Below are positions 27,620-39,826 of a stretch of DNA of 64,000 nt, in pieces; the first letter of the stretch is position 1, and every line of letters starts with the position of its first letter. The notes below the pieces were generated by a model. The model was not told the DNA's origin. It did not search any database and was given only the letters and a program-made list of their open reading frames with translations. The translations under genes were made by a program, and so were the position numbers. The DNA is from Anaeramoeba ignava BMAN (lineage: Eukaryota > Protista > Anaeramoebae): positions 62,001 through 126,000 of the forward strand of contig JAPDFW010000104.1 in assembly GCA_028826165.1 (NCBI GenBank). The letters run 5' to 3'.

Positions 27620-30469
27620 TTAATTCAAATTTTGAATTCTTAAATTTCTATATGATTGATAAGAAAAATTTAAATCTTTTTTTTCTTTTTTTCTTCTTAT
27701 TATTAATTTTTGTTTTTTCTTCTTTTTTAAATTCATTTCTTCATTTTTTTCATTAATAATTCTTTCATTTTCAAATTTATCAATTTCTTTTTTTAATTTT
27801 TTTAATATTTCTGAAAAAGGTTTTGATTTAAAATAATTTTTTTCTTTTTCATCTTCTTTTTCATAATTTGGATTTGAATTATCTTTTTCTTCTTTTTCTT
27901 TTTTTGATTGATTATTTTGGAAATTTAAATAAAAAGAAAAAGAAGATAATTTCTTTTCTTTTTCTTTTTCTTCTTCTTCTTTTTTTCTTTTTGATTGATT
28001 TGAAAATAAATTCCAATTTTTTTCTTCATTTCCAATTTTTCCTAAACAAATTCCATTTAAATTCCAAATATAAACATTAAAATTTGAATTTGATAAAATG
28101 AATTTTTGATTTGAAATTTGAATAAAACTTAATCCAATAATTTCATTTTCATTTTCATTTTCATTTTCATTTTCAATTTGCCAAAAATTTTTTAATAATA
28201 ATTGAATATTCTTCTTCTTATTATTGTTATTAATAATTTCCCAAATACTAATTATTCCATTTGAATCTCCTAATAATAATAATGATTGAGAATCATCTAA
28301 ACAAATTGAAGTGAAAGAAATTAAATCATTTTCTTCATTTTCTTCATTATAATAATCAAATAAAATCTTTTTTAAATCTAAAGACCAAATTATTAAACCA
28401 AATTTCCCAATAATTATTAATGAATTAATTGAATCAAGAAATTGAAGTAATTGAATATTTAAATTTGAGAAATATTGAAAAGAATCATAAAGTTGAAAAG
28501 TATTTAAATTCCAAATGAAAATATTCCCTTTCCAATCAGATGAAATAATTAAATTTGGGAAATATAAACAAACTGAACAAATATCATCATATTTATGAGA
28601 TAGTTTTGATTGAAATTTAATTAATCCATTCCCATATTCTTTCCAAATATAAATATCTTTACTTAATCCAAAACTTATAATTTGTTTTTCATTTGTTTCT
28701 TTTTGAAATGAATATAATATTTTATTAATTTGAATTTTGTTTTTTTGTTGAACTTTTGAAATTATTTTCCCATTTGAAGGATTAACAATATAAAGAAATC
28801 CTTTTTCACAACCAATAATTAATTTTCTTTTAAATTTATCAAAAATTACATTTGATACTTTTTCTTTGATTTGGATTTGAATTTGATTTTCTATTTTTCC
28901 ATTTAAAATATTCCAAATACTTTTTTATTTTATTAATTTAAATTTTTTCTTTTTTTTTTTAGGGAAATTTTACCTCATTTTTGCTCTTTCATCAATACAA
29001 TAAATTTGTTGAAATGTTTCATTATATAATGTATTTATAATTTTATCTTGATGAAATTGATTTTTTAAGAAATTTGATTTTAAATTTTGATTTGGATTTT
29101 TCTAAATTTAAAATAAAAAAATTAAAAATTAAATTAATAAATTTCTTTTTTGTTTTTTTCTTTTTCACCTTCCAAATAGTAAGTTTATTTGAAGCAGTAA
29201 CTATTTGTTCTTTTTTATTATCATAAATCATACAAGTTGATAAAGAATTTGATTTTGTAAATTTCTTCTTTTTTGAATTAAATTGAAAAGAATCAAATTG
29301 AATTGTTTGAACACATTGAAAATTTCTGATATCCCATAATTTAATTGATTTATCAAGAGAAAGTGAAGCTAATAAATTTTCATTTTCAAGAACAATTAAT
29401 TTAACAATTGAAGAAGTATGACCTGATAATATCATAGTTGGTTTATTTATATGAGGACTCCAAATCAAAATTGAACGTTCAAGTCCTCCACTTGCAATAA
29501 ATCCAAGTGAAGAACAAGTATCAAAACAAAAACATGCTTTTTCATGTCCTTCAAGTGTTTCAATTACTGATTGATTTTCTATATCTGTAATTTTCAATGT
29601 TTTATCATATGAACTTGATAAAATTCCAATATTTCCCCATAATTTAATTTGTGAAACCCAATCTTTATGTGGAATAAGTTTTATTGAATTATTATTATTA
29701 ATTTTGAAAAATTTCTTTTCTGAATTGATCATTTTTTTCATAATAAAAACTTTAAATAAAATTTAAATTAGTTTTTAAATTGAAAATTAATCAAATTTTT
29801 TAAAATTAAAAAATTACTTTGACCTTTTTCATCTCCAAAAGAAAGAAATTTATCTTGATAATTTGACCAAGAATGAAGACAAAGAGGAATATTTGGAATA
29901 TCAACAATTTCATCAATAAAATCAAAAGAAGGTAAATGATATAAATGAATTTTTCTAGCACATGAACTTATAGCGATAAGATCATCATTTTCAATTTTAC
30001 AAGAATCAGTTAACATTGTATTATTTTGATTAACTTGAATTGATCTAACACATTCCAAAGAAGAAGATGACCATAACTTGATAATCCCATTATTTCCTGT
30101 TGAAACATATTTATTTTGATGATTTAGAAAACAAAGTGAACTAATTTTTTCATTTTCATTTTCAATTTCATTTTCAATTTCATTTCCAAATTTTTTAAGT
30201 AAATAAATTTCAGAATTTGATTCTTCATTTAAATTTTCAGAAAATACAAAATTATTAACAAATTCATCCCAATTTATAATATTATCTCCATCTAAATCAA
30301 CTTCAAAAAATAATTTTTTTGCTTCATTTTTTGATAAATTTGTTTTTTTTGAAGTAATTTCAATAAATGTATTTAAATCAATTTTTTCTTTATTTGGAAT
30401 TGATAATTGAAGTGTTGTTAATGTTTTTGGTCCAATTTTAATTTTATTTTGATTTAAATTTTTATCCAT
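27620..30469 (-). CDS. EF-hand plus WD40-repeat protein (WDR49/WDR64/EFCAB8-like architecture)
   Basis: EF-hand LFFEVDLDGDNIINWDEF. WD40 repeats (LEGHEKA.., LSGHTSSIV..DKSIKLWD). Introns 29750-29817, 29102-29168 and 28920-28973 keep the frame. The 3' end is approximate. Confidence 0.75.
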
Positions 30470-30593
30470 TTTTTTTTTAAAAAGATAAAAATGAAAATTT
30501 AAATTTTGATTTTTATCTTCTTCTTTTTTTTTTATTTGATTAATTTGACTTTGATGTTATTTATTTTTTTGTTTGAAAAATGTTTCAAATGTT

Positions 30594-32033
30594 TTAAATG
30601 AAATAAGTTTCAAGTTCATCAACTTCCCAATCACCATAAGAACCAGCTAAATAACTTTTTGCTTCATTTGATTCATATTCAATTCCATCAGGTAAATTAT
30701 AAACAGATCCAAAATTTGAATAAAAACCGTTTAAATCTGAATATAAACAAAAATCAGCTTTTCCAGGTCCATATTTCCCAAAAGCAGGATTATAAATTGG
30801 ATGATATTTAATTGCAAATTTTTCTTCTCCTTTTTGAATTGAAAATTTCTCAGGTTTTCTATCATTTGTATCATTTCTTAATGAAAAAATAAATGCATTT
30901 TCATCATAAATAAATCCTTGATCAGTGTTTCTATCTTCTTCTCTCCATTCTAATTTATTATTTGTGAATCCAACTGAAGTAAATCCTCCAAAAATGAAGT
31001 TTTTTATTGTTTTGATAATAACTAATGTTTTCCCTTTATTATCACATTTAGAATGCCATTTATAAGAAGAAAATCCATCTCTTTTGGCTGAAAATCCTTT
31101 TTTCATTTTGGAAAAGAATCCATTATCATTTATCCATTCTTTTAATTTCTTTATTTGTTCTTTTTCTTGAATTATTGATGAATCAAACTTAAATCTTGGT
31201 TGAAAAATTAATGAATTTTCTTTTTCTTTTTCAATAAATTGTTCTAATTCTTTTTCATCATTTTGTTTTTGAAGTTTTTGTAATTGAATTAATTTTTCAG
31301 AAATTTTATTTGGAATTAAATCTTCTTTCAAAGTATTTTCAAGTTCTTCTTTTGAAAAATCAATAAATCTGATTTTTTCAATAATAATATTTGAAATTTG
31401 ATTATCATTTGATTTATGTTTTCTCCATTTTATTATTGATTGGAAAAGTTCAAATTCATTTGTTGAAATATCTTCATTTGATAATATTGAATTTAAATGA
31501 TTTTCTTCAAGTTCAAGAAAAAATGGAGTTTTGATAAATTTTTCAAAATTTTCAGAAATAAATTTATAAGAATAATCTAATAATTCATTTAAGTTCATTG
31601 ATTCAGATAATTTAAGAACATCAACAATAGTTTCAATTTGTAAATTATTTTTGATAAAATTTAAACAAATTTCAATTAATTCATCAATTAAATATTTTGA
31701 TGAAAAAATTAAAATTTCTATTGCATTTTCTAAATTAATTTCAATTTTTCCTGAATAAAAATATTTCAAAATTGAGAATAAAATTGAACTTGAAACATCT
31801 TTTAGAATTAATTTATTTTCTTGATATTCTTTCATTTTTGATTTAAAAAGAGATTTAAAATATTGACTTCTTGAAGAAAGAATTGATTTATGAGTTTTAA
31901 ATGAAATTTGATTTTGTTCACAATTTATTTCGAAATCAAAATAATTTCCATTTTCATTTTCATTTTGATTTTGATTTTGAAATAAATTTTTTAAATCATT
32001 TGAAAGTTTTTCTAAATTTAAATAATTTTCCAT
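30594..32033 (-). CDS. BTB-BACK-TLDc domain protein
   Basis: BTB (FKTHKSILSSRSQYFKSLF), BACK, and TLDc (SAKRDGFS..WHSKCDNKGKTLVIIKT..IFGGFT). Intronless. Confidence 0.9.
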   Translation of the reverse strand: MENYLNLEKLSNDLKNLFQNQNQNENENGNYFDFEINCEQNQISFKTHKSILSSRSQYFKSLFKSKMKEYQENKLILKDVSSSILFSILKYFYSGKIEINLENAIEILIFSSKYLIDELIEICLNFIKNNLQIETIVDVLKLSESMNLNELLDYSYKFISENFEKFIKTPFFLELEENHLNSILSNEDISTNEFELFQSIIKWRKHKSNDNQISNIIIEKIRFIDFSKEELENTLKEDLIPNKISEKLIQLQKLQKQNDEKELEQFIEKEKENSLIFQPRFKFDSSIIQEKEQIKKLKEWINDNGFFSKMKKGFSAKRDGFSSYKWHSKCDNKGKTLVIIKTIKNFIFGGFTSVGFTNNKLEWREEDRNTDQGFIYDENAFIFSLRNDTNDRKPEKFSIQKGEEKFAIKYHPIYNPAFGKYGPGKADFCLYSDLNGFYSNFGSVYNLPDGIEYESNEAKSYLAGSYGDWEVDELETYFI

Positions 32034-32131
32034 TTTAAAAAAAAAAAGCAAAAAAAATGAAATTTTGAAAACAGGAAAAAAAAAAATGGAATTTCATTTT
32101 TTTCCTTTTGATTTTTTATTAATAATTAAAA

Positions 32132-33803
32132 ATGAATCCTTTACATTTTTTTAGTTCAGGAACAAAAGAAAAAGAATGGGTTGAAATAGATAATTTTCCT
32201 TTTAAAACAAAAATTTATAAACAAAAAGGAGCAATGAAAATTGAAAAAAGTGATTTTGAATTATTAAAAAGAGGAAATTATTTAAATTCAACAGAAAATC
32301 AAAAAATTCCACCAGAAAAAGAAAATTTAATACTTAATCAACTTCCTACAGAAAGTAAAATAATTTTATTTTTCCTTTTTTTTAATTTTCCTTTTTTTAT
32401 TTTTTTAATTTTTTCCTTATTTAGTTTTATTAATGATTTGTGAATATTTATCTCCTGGAGCATTTACTAATTTAGGATTAACTTGCATTGATTTTCAAAA
32501 TATTTTTAATGATCAACAAACATGGAGAAAAATTGCTAAATCTTATCAAATTTTTTTTATTTTTGATCATTTTAAATTGAAATTTAATTTTGATGAAAGC
32601 AAATATGAAATTTTAGGATTTCAAACTTCACTTATTAATGAAATTGATGATATTCAAATTCAAAATCAAAGTTTAGATTTCCCAAATTTAAGTCAAATTC
32701 ATTTCCAAAAATTAAATCAAGAAAGAGAAAAAAGATTGAAAAAATATTTCAATAATAATAAAATTGATGATTCCACAATGAAAAATGAAAATTCAAATGA
32801 AAGAAAACCAGTAGTTAATTCAACAGAAGAAGAAAGAATTAAATATATCGAATTATTAGAAAATCCAAAAGAAGAAATGATTGAAAAAGCAAGAAAAATT
32901 CAACATCTTCTTTTGAAAGAACAAATCAAAATCCAAAATGAAATTAAATATGGACCAAGAAGAGAAAAATTTGCAGATATAGAAATTAAATCAGATGGCT
33001 TTAGTGTATTTTTTATGTTTCTAGTCCTTATAGGATTTTCAATTTATTTAGTCTTAATCACTCTCAAAATTGAAAAGAAAATGAATACGAAATTAACTTA
33101 TTTAAGTCTTTCTGTTGTTATTCCTTTATTTGGTTTTTTTATTCTTTTTTTCATTTTTGTGATATTATCAATTTGGGCAAAAGAATTCAAAAGTATGTTT
33201 GAAAGGAAGGATCGCATTTTCCTTTTCCTTTTATTTTTGACCTTTTTTTTGACTATGGTTGAATTTCTTTTAATTGGATTAAGAGTTGATAATTTTATTA
33301 AGTGTTCTTGGATTATTATTTTTATTCCTTTTCTTTTTCTCTTTATTTCTTTGATTTTTTCTATTCTCTTCTTGATCAAATCAACTGAAGAAAGATTAAA
33401 AGATTGGAAGATTATGTTGAGTTTCTGCTTTTTGTGTATCATCTTCTTGATATTTTTAGGATTAAGAATTGATGGAACAATTAAATGGAATTATGGAATT
33501 GTTTTCCTTCCAATTTATGTTTATGTCTTTTTCTATTTTTTCTATTTTTGCTTCTGTTTCCAGTTTATTTCTCTTGAAAATACTACACAAAGATTTTCTT
33601 TTATGGTTTTGGTTATTGTTATTTTGCTTCCTTTTTTAGTTTTAATCACTCTTTATTTGGAAAATATCATTTATCACATTTATTATCCTTTAATTCCCAT
33701 TTATATATTTTCCTTGTTGTTTTCTTTTTCTTTTTGTGTTGCAATTTTGTTATTATTTTGCTGTCCTAATTTTGGGGATCAAATGTTTTTGAATGTTAAT
33801 TAA
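32132..33803 (+). CDS. F-box protein fused to a multi-pass TMEM185/Fragile-X-F-like membrane domain
   Basis: Splicing out intron 32355-32424 restores the F-box LNQLPTEILLMICEYLS..LGLTC..FNDQQTWR. Repeated LRVD/LRIDG..W..F.P TM hairpins follow. Confidence 0.8.
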
Positions 33804-33994
33804 TTTCAAATCTTTTTTTTTTTTGAATCAACAAATTCAACAAATTCAACAAATTTTCTTTCAAAGAAGGATTAATCAAAATTAATAATAAAAACCAAAT
33901 TAATTTCCATTTCCATTTTTCATTTTCATTTTTATAAACTGATTTTAAGATTGATTTTAAGATTGATTTCGAAAGAGAATTTGAATAAATTTTT

Positions 33995-35710
33995 ATTTAA
34001 AATTATTATAAATTAAGATATAAATTTAATAAAATATTTTAAATTATTAATATAAAAGAATAAATTTAATAAAATATTTTAAATAAATTTATAAATAAAT
34101 TATTGTTTAATATTATTATAAATTAAGAAATAAATTAAATAAAATATTTTAAATTATTAATATAAAAGAATATATTTATAAATTAATATAAATTAAATAT
34201 TAATAATAAATATTTTATATTTAAATTATTTTAAATAAATTTATAAATAAATTATTATATAATATTATTATAAATTAAGATATAAATTAAATAAAATATT
34301 TTAAATAATTAATATAAAAGAATATATTTTATAAATTAATATAAATTAAATATTAATAATAAATATTTTATATTTAAATTATTTTAAATAAATTTATAAA
34401 TAAATTATTGTTTAATATTATTATAAATTAAGAAATAAATTTAATAAAATATTTTAAATTAATTAATATAAAAGAATATATTTAATAAATTAATATAAAT
34501 TAAATTTTAATAATAAATATTTTTATATTTAAATTATTTTTAAATAAATTTATAAATAAATTATTATATAAAATTATTATAAATTAAGATATAAATTTAA
34601 TAAAATATTTTAAATAATTAATATAAAAGAATATATTTATAAATTAATATAAATTAAATATTAATAATAAATATTTTATATTTAAATTATTTTAAATAAA
34701 TTTATAAATAAATTATTATATAATATTATTATAAATTAAGATATAAATTTAATAAAATATTTTAAATTATTAATATAAAAGAATATATTTATAAATTAAT
34801 ATAAATTAAATATCAATAATAAATATCTTATATTTAAATTATTTTAAATAAATTTATAAATAAATTATTATATAATATTATTATAAATTAAGATATAAAT
34901 TTAATAAAATATTTTAAATAATTAATATAAAAGAATATATTTATAAATTAATATAAATTAAATATTAATAATAAATATTTTATATTTAAATTATTTTAAA
35001 TAAATTTATAAATAAATTATTATATAATATTATTATAAATTAAGAAATAAATTTAATAAAATATTTTAAATAATTAATATAAAAAGAATATATTTATAAA
35101 TTAATATTAATTAAATATTAATAATAAATATCTTATATTTAAATTATTTTAAATAAATTTATAAATAAATTATTGTTTAAAATTATTATAAATTAAGATA
35201 TAAATTTAATAAAATATTTTAAATTATTAATATAAAAGAATATATTTATAAATTAATATAAATTAAATATTAATAATAAATATTTTATATTTAAATTATT
35301 TTAAATAAATTTATAAATAAATTATTATATAATATTATTATAAATTAAGAAATAAATTAAATAAAATATTTTAAATTATTAATATAAAAGAATATATTTA
35401 TAAATTAATATAAATTAAATATCAATAATAAATATTTTATATTTAAATTATTTTAAATAAATTTATAAATAAATTATTATATAATATTATTATAAATTAA
35501 GATATAAATTAAATAAAATATTTTAAATTATTAATATAAAAGAATATATTTATAAATTAATATAAATTAAATATCAATAATAAATATCTTATATATAAAT
35601 TATTTTGAATAAATTTATAAATAAATTATTATATAATATTATTATAAATTAAGAAATAAATTTAATAAAATATTTTAAATTATTAATATAAAAGAATATA
35701 TTAATAAAAA
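33995..35710. repeat. ~152-bp nearly GC-free satellite, about 11 copies, directly upstream of a tRNA gene
   Basis: TATAAAAGAA anchor recurring at about 152-bp spacing (e.g. 34773, 34926, 35231, 35383, 35535, 35687). Confidence 0.9.
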
Positions 35711-35746
35711 AAAATTTTAATTAAATTAAAATTAAATTAAATTAAA

Positions 35747-35817
35747 TCGGGTGTGGTGCAATGGTAGCACACAGGTCTCTCACACCTGAAATCCGGGTTC
35801 AATTCCCGGCATCCGAG
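35747..35817 (+). tRNA. tRNA-Glu (anticodon CTC)
   Basis: Cloverleaf: acceptor TCGGGTG/CATCCGA, D stem GTGC/GCAC, anticodon stem CAGGT/ACCTG with loop CT-CTC-AC, T arm CCGGG-TTCAATT-CCCGG, discriminator G. Confidence 0.93.
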
Positions 35818-35831
35818 TTTTATTTTTTTTA
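35818..35831 (+). terminator. Pol III oligo-T terminator of the tRNA
   Basis: T runs immediately after the discriminator base. Confidence 0.7.
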
Positions 35832-37964
35832 TTTTTTTATTTTTTTTTATTTTTTTTTGTTTAATTAATAAATCAAATAAATTTGGATTTGTTTGATTTA
35901 ATTGAAAATAATCAATTCCAATTTTAATTTCATCAATTATTTCTTGTGTAATTTTAATTCCATCTTTAATTTGATTTGAATAAATCCAATATTCAAATAT
36001 TTGAAATGATTTATTACTTAATTCACTATAATCTGTAACTTTATTAGAAGTATCTTCTGTTACAGATAAAAACATTCCTCGATATAATTCACTTCTCATT
36101 ATTAATATTAATTTAGGAAATTTATATTGTTTTTCTTTTCTTTCAATTATAAAATCTTTTTCATTTTCATTTAAATAAATTCTTTTCATTGTTTCTTCAA
36201 TTTTTTCATTTGAATTTATAATTTCTTTAATTTCAGAATATAATATTGGATTTATAATTCTGTTTGAATAAATCATTTCAAATATTTGATTTGATTCTTT
36301 AATTGATTTATTTGAAATAATTTCTTGAAGTTTTTCAATTTGATTTTCATTTTGATTTAATCTATATTTCAATATTAATTTATGAGCTTCAATTATTTCT
36401 CCATTTTCTGTTTTAAATGAAATATTGCAAAATTCTTTTCTTTCAAATAATTTTATCAAATCTTCTTCAAGATTGGAAAAAGAAGAAGGAGAATTATAAA
36501 GAAATGATCTATTATTTCCACAAAAAATATGATAATTGAAAATATTTTCATTAAATCTTAATTTAGGAAGTTCAATTTGAATTGGAATTAGTTGATATTT
36601 TGTATTTCCAGTTCCTAATTGACCTGAATTATTACTTCCAAATCCTATTAATTTTGAATTGTAAGTTAAAATCAAAGTATGAAAATATCCAACAGAAAAT
36701 TCAAGAATATTATCATTTTCAAATAAAGATGATTTGATTTCAGTAAATTCATAAGTATCTTCATTTTTGCCAAGTCCATTATTTTCATAATCTCCACATG
36801 AATAAAGTTTTCTTTTTGGATTTTCATTTTCATTTTCATTTTCAATTTCAATCAACATTATTGAATGAGAATATCCACATTTAATATCAATTATTTTACA
36901 TTTTGGAATATTTTGGATTTTGGTTAATTTATAGATTCTTTCTTCTTTTCTTAATTTTCCTAATCCAAGTTGACCATATTCATTATCTCCGCATCCAAAT
37001 AATTCTTGATTTGAATTTAAAAGAAAAACATGATTTGAAGAATTTCCTGAAAATATTTTAGAAACATTTTTCATCATTAAAATTGGTTTTTCTGTTTTTT
37101 TAAGTTTTTCAGAATCAAAACCAAGTTGACCATATTTATTTGAACCAATTCCATAAACATTTTGATTTTGAAGTTAATAAGTAAATTGAACTATCTCCAG
37201 AAACAATATCTTAAATTATTCTATCATTTGTATCTTCAATTAATGATGAAATATTGATAAATTCATTTGAATTAATATCTTTTCCTTTGGAGAATACATT
37301 TCCTTCTATTGTTAAAATAGCTTCATTTTGGAAACCAACAGTTACTTTTTGAATATTTTCTTCAATTTGGATTTTTGAAGGATTTTGATTTGAATCTTTT
37401 AAATATTCTATTGCTTTTCCATTTTTAAAAAGGAAAATTGTTCCCAAATAACCTGATGAAATTTGTTTAATTTGTTTTTCATTTTCATTTTCATTTTCAT
37501 TTTCATTTTCATTTTCATTTTCATTTTCATTTTCATTTTCAAATTTGAATTGGTTTTGTTATTCCATTTGGTTCATTTTTAAAAAGTTTTGGTGAATAAT
37601 TTAAACCAAAAAATAAACAATCATTCATTTTTAAAAAGAAAAAAATGAAAAAAATAATTTTGGAATTTTAATTTTATTTTTAATTTTAATTTTAATTTTA
37701 ATTTAAACCAAAAATAAAAATTTCATTTTAAAAAGAAATTTTTAAAAATTTAATTTTAATTTTAATTTTAATTTTAATTTTAATTTTAATTTTTAATTTA
37801 ATTTGAATTTTAAATTTTAATTTGAATTTTAATTTTAATTTTAATTTTAATTTTAATTTTAATTTTAATTTTTAATTTTAATTTTAATTTTAATTTTAAT
37901 TTTAAATTTTAATTTGAATTTTAATTTTAATTTTAATTTTGATTTTGTTTTTGATTTTAATTTC

Positions 37965-39714
37965 TTATTTTTTTTGTTTTTGTTGATATTTAAATTGATC
38001 AACAATTAATGAAAATAAATTTGGTTTTGTTTGATTTAATTCAAAATAATCAATTCCAGTTTTAATTTCATCAATGATTTCTTGTGTAATTTGAATTTCA
38101 TTTTTAATTTGATTTGAATAAATCCAATATTCAAATATTTGAAATGATTTATTACTTAATTCACTATAATCTGTAACTTTATTTGATTTATCTTCTGTTA
38201 CAGATAAAAACATTCCTCGATATAATTCACTTCTCATTATTAATATTAATTTTAGGGAATTTATATTGTTTTTCTTTTCTTTCAATTATAAAATCTTTTT
38301 CATTTTCATTTAAATAAATTCTTTTCATTGTTTCTTCAATTTTTTCATTTGAATTTATAATTTCTTTAATTTCTGAATATAATTTTGGTTTTATAATTCT
38401 ATTTGAATAAATCATTTCAAATATTTGATTTGATTCTTTAATTGATTTTTTTGAAATAATTTCTTGAAGTTTTTCAATTTGATTTTGATCTTTTAATCTG
38501 TATTTTAATATTAATTTATGAGCTTCAATCTTTTCATTTGGATTTATTGTATCAAAAGAAATATCACAAAATTCTTTTCTTCTAAATAGTTTTATCAAAT
38601 CTTCTTGAAGACTTGAACAGAATTTATAATAGATAAAAGAGTTAAACAATCCACAATAAACATGATAATTGTGAATATCAAATATAACTTCTGGAACTTG
38701 TAAATCAATTGGTCTTATTTGATTTATAGTGTTTCCTGTTCCTAATTGGCAAAATGAATTATCTCCAAATCCTATCAGTTTATGATTACTTGTTAAAACC
38801 AAAGTATGATAACTTCCAACAGAAAATTCAAGAATATCATCATTTTCAAATAAAGGTGATTTAAGTTCAGTAAATTGAAAAGCACTATTAGGTTGATCAA
38901 GTCCATTATGTTGATAATGCCCACATTCATAAAGTTTTCTTGCTTTGTTGATATTTCCTTTTTTGTATTCTTCAATCAACATTACTGAATAATCATATCC
39001 AATTTGAATATCAATTATTTTGCCTTTTGGAATATTTTCGATTTGCTTAATTTCTTTGATTTCTCTTTCTTCTCTTTCTTCTAATCCAAGTTGTCCATAA
39101 AAATTATTTCCGCATCCAAATAATTCTTTATTTGAATTCAAAAGAAAAACCGAATCTGAATGGCTTCCTGAAAATATTTTAGAAACATTTTTCATCATAA
39201 AAATTGGTTTGTTTGATTGATTTGGAGATTCACAACCAAGTTGACCTGAATTATTTGAACCAATTCCATAAACAGTTTGATTTGAAGTTAATAAGTAAAT
39301 TGATTTAGCACCGCAAACAATATCTTTAATTATTCTATCATTTGGTTCATCAATTAATGATGAAATATTGGTATAATTTCTTGAATTAGTTGAATTTATA
39401 ATTTTTCCTTTTGCAAATACTTCTCCATTTGAAGTTAAAAATGAAATATTCCAATAACCAACTAGAACTTTTGAAATGTTTGAATTTGGAATTTGTTGAG
39501 GTTTTCTTGATTTCTGTGTGTATTCTATTGCTTTTCCATTTTCAAAAAGGAAAATTGTTGATAAATAACCTGATGAAATTTGTTTAAGCGTTGATTCGTT
39601 TTCTGGAAGATTAATTTGTATTGTTCTTGTGATTCTTTCTTGTTGATTTAATAATAGATTTGCAATAGTGTTTTGTCCACAAAACCAAATATCTTCTTTG
39701 GTTTGATTTTTCAT
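37965..39714 (-). CDS. RCC1-repeat plus tandem BTB protein (tandem paralog)
   Basis: ORFs 38227-39714 and 37965-38285 are joined by a one-base shift near 38250 (FPK/LILIMRSELYRGMF, as in the paralog). Confidence 0.85.
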
Positions 39715-39826
39715 TTTATTATTTTTAAAAAGAAAAAAAATGAAAAAAATGAAAAAAACATTTTTAATTTAATTTTTTCATTTTTTCATTGTTTTTTATT
39801 CTTTTTATTCGCGCTTTAAAAAAAAA

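Larger units (their letters stand above)
35737..37628 (-). pseudogene. RCC1-repeat plus tandem BTB protein, disrupted copy (pseudogene or poor consensus)
   Basis: RCC1 repeats (GCGDNEYGQLGLG, GFGSNNSGQLGTG) and two BTB-like domains. In-frame TAA at 37211-37213 where the paralog has AAA, frameshifts near 37545 and 37168, and a 3' end that reads through the tRNA antisense. Confidence 0.65.

Noticed and set aside
37211-37213. In-frame TAA at a Lys position, suggesting stop-codon reassignment
   Set aside because: Single case in a copy with other lesions. TAA terminates most genes in the window, and long ORFs have no internal stops.
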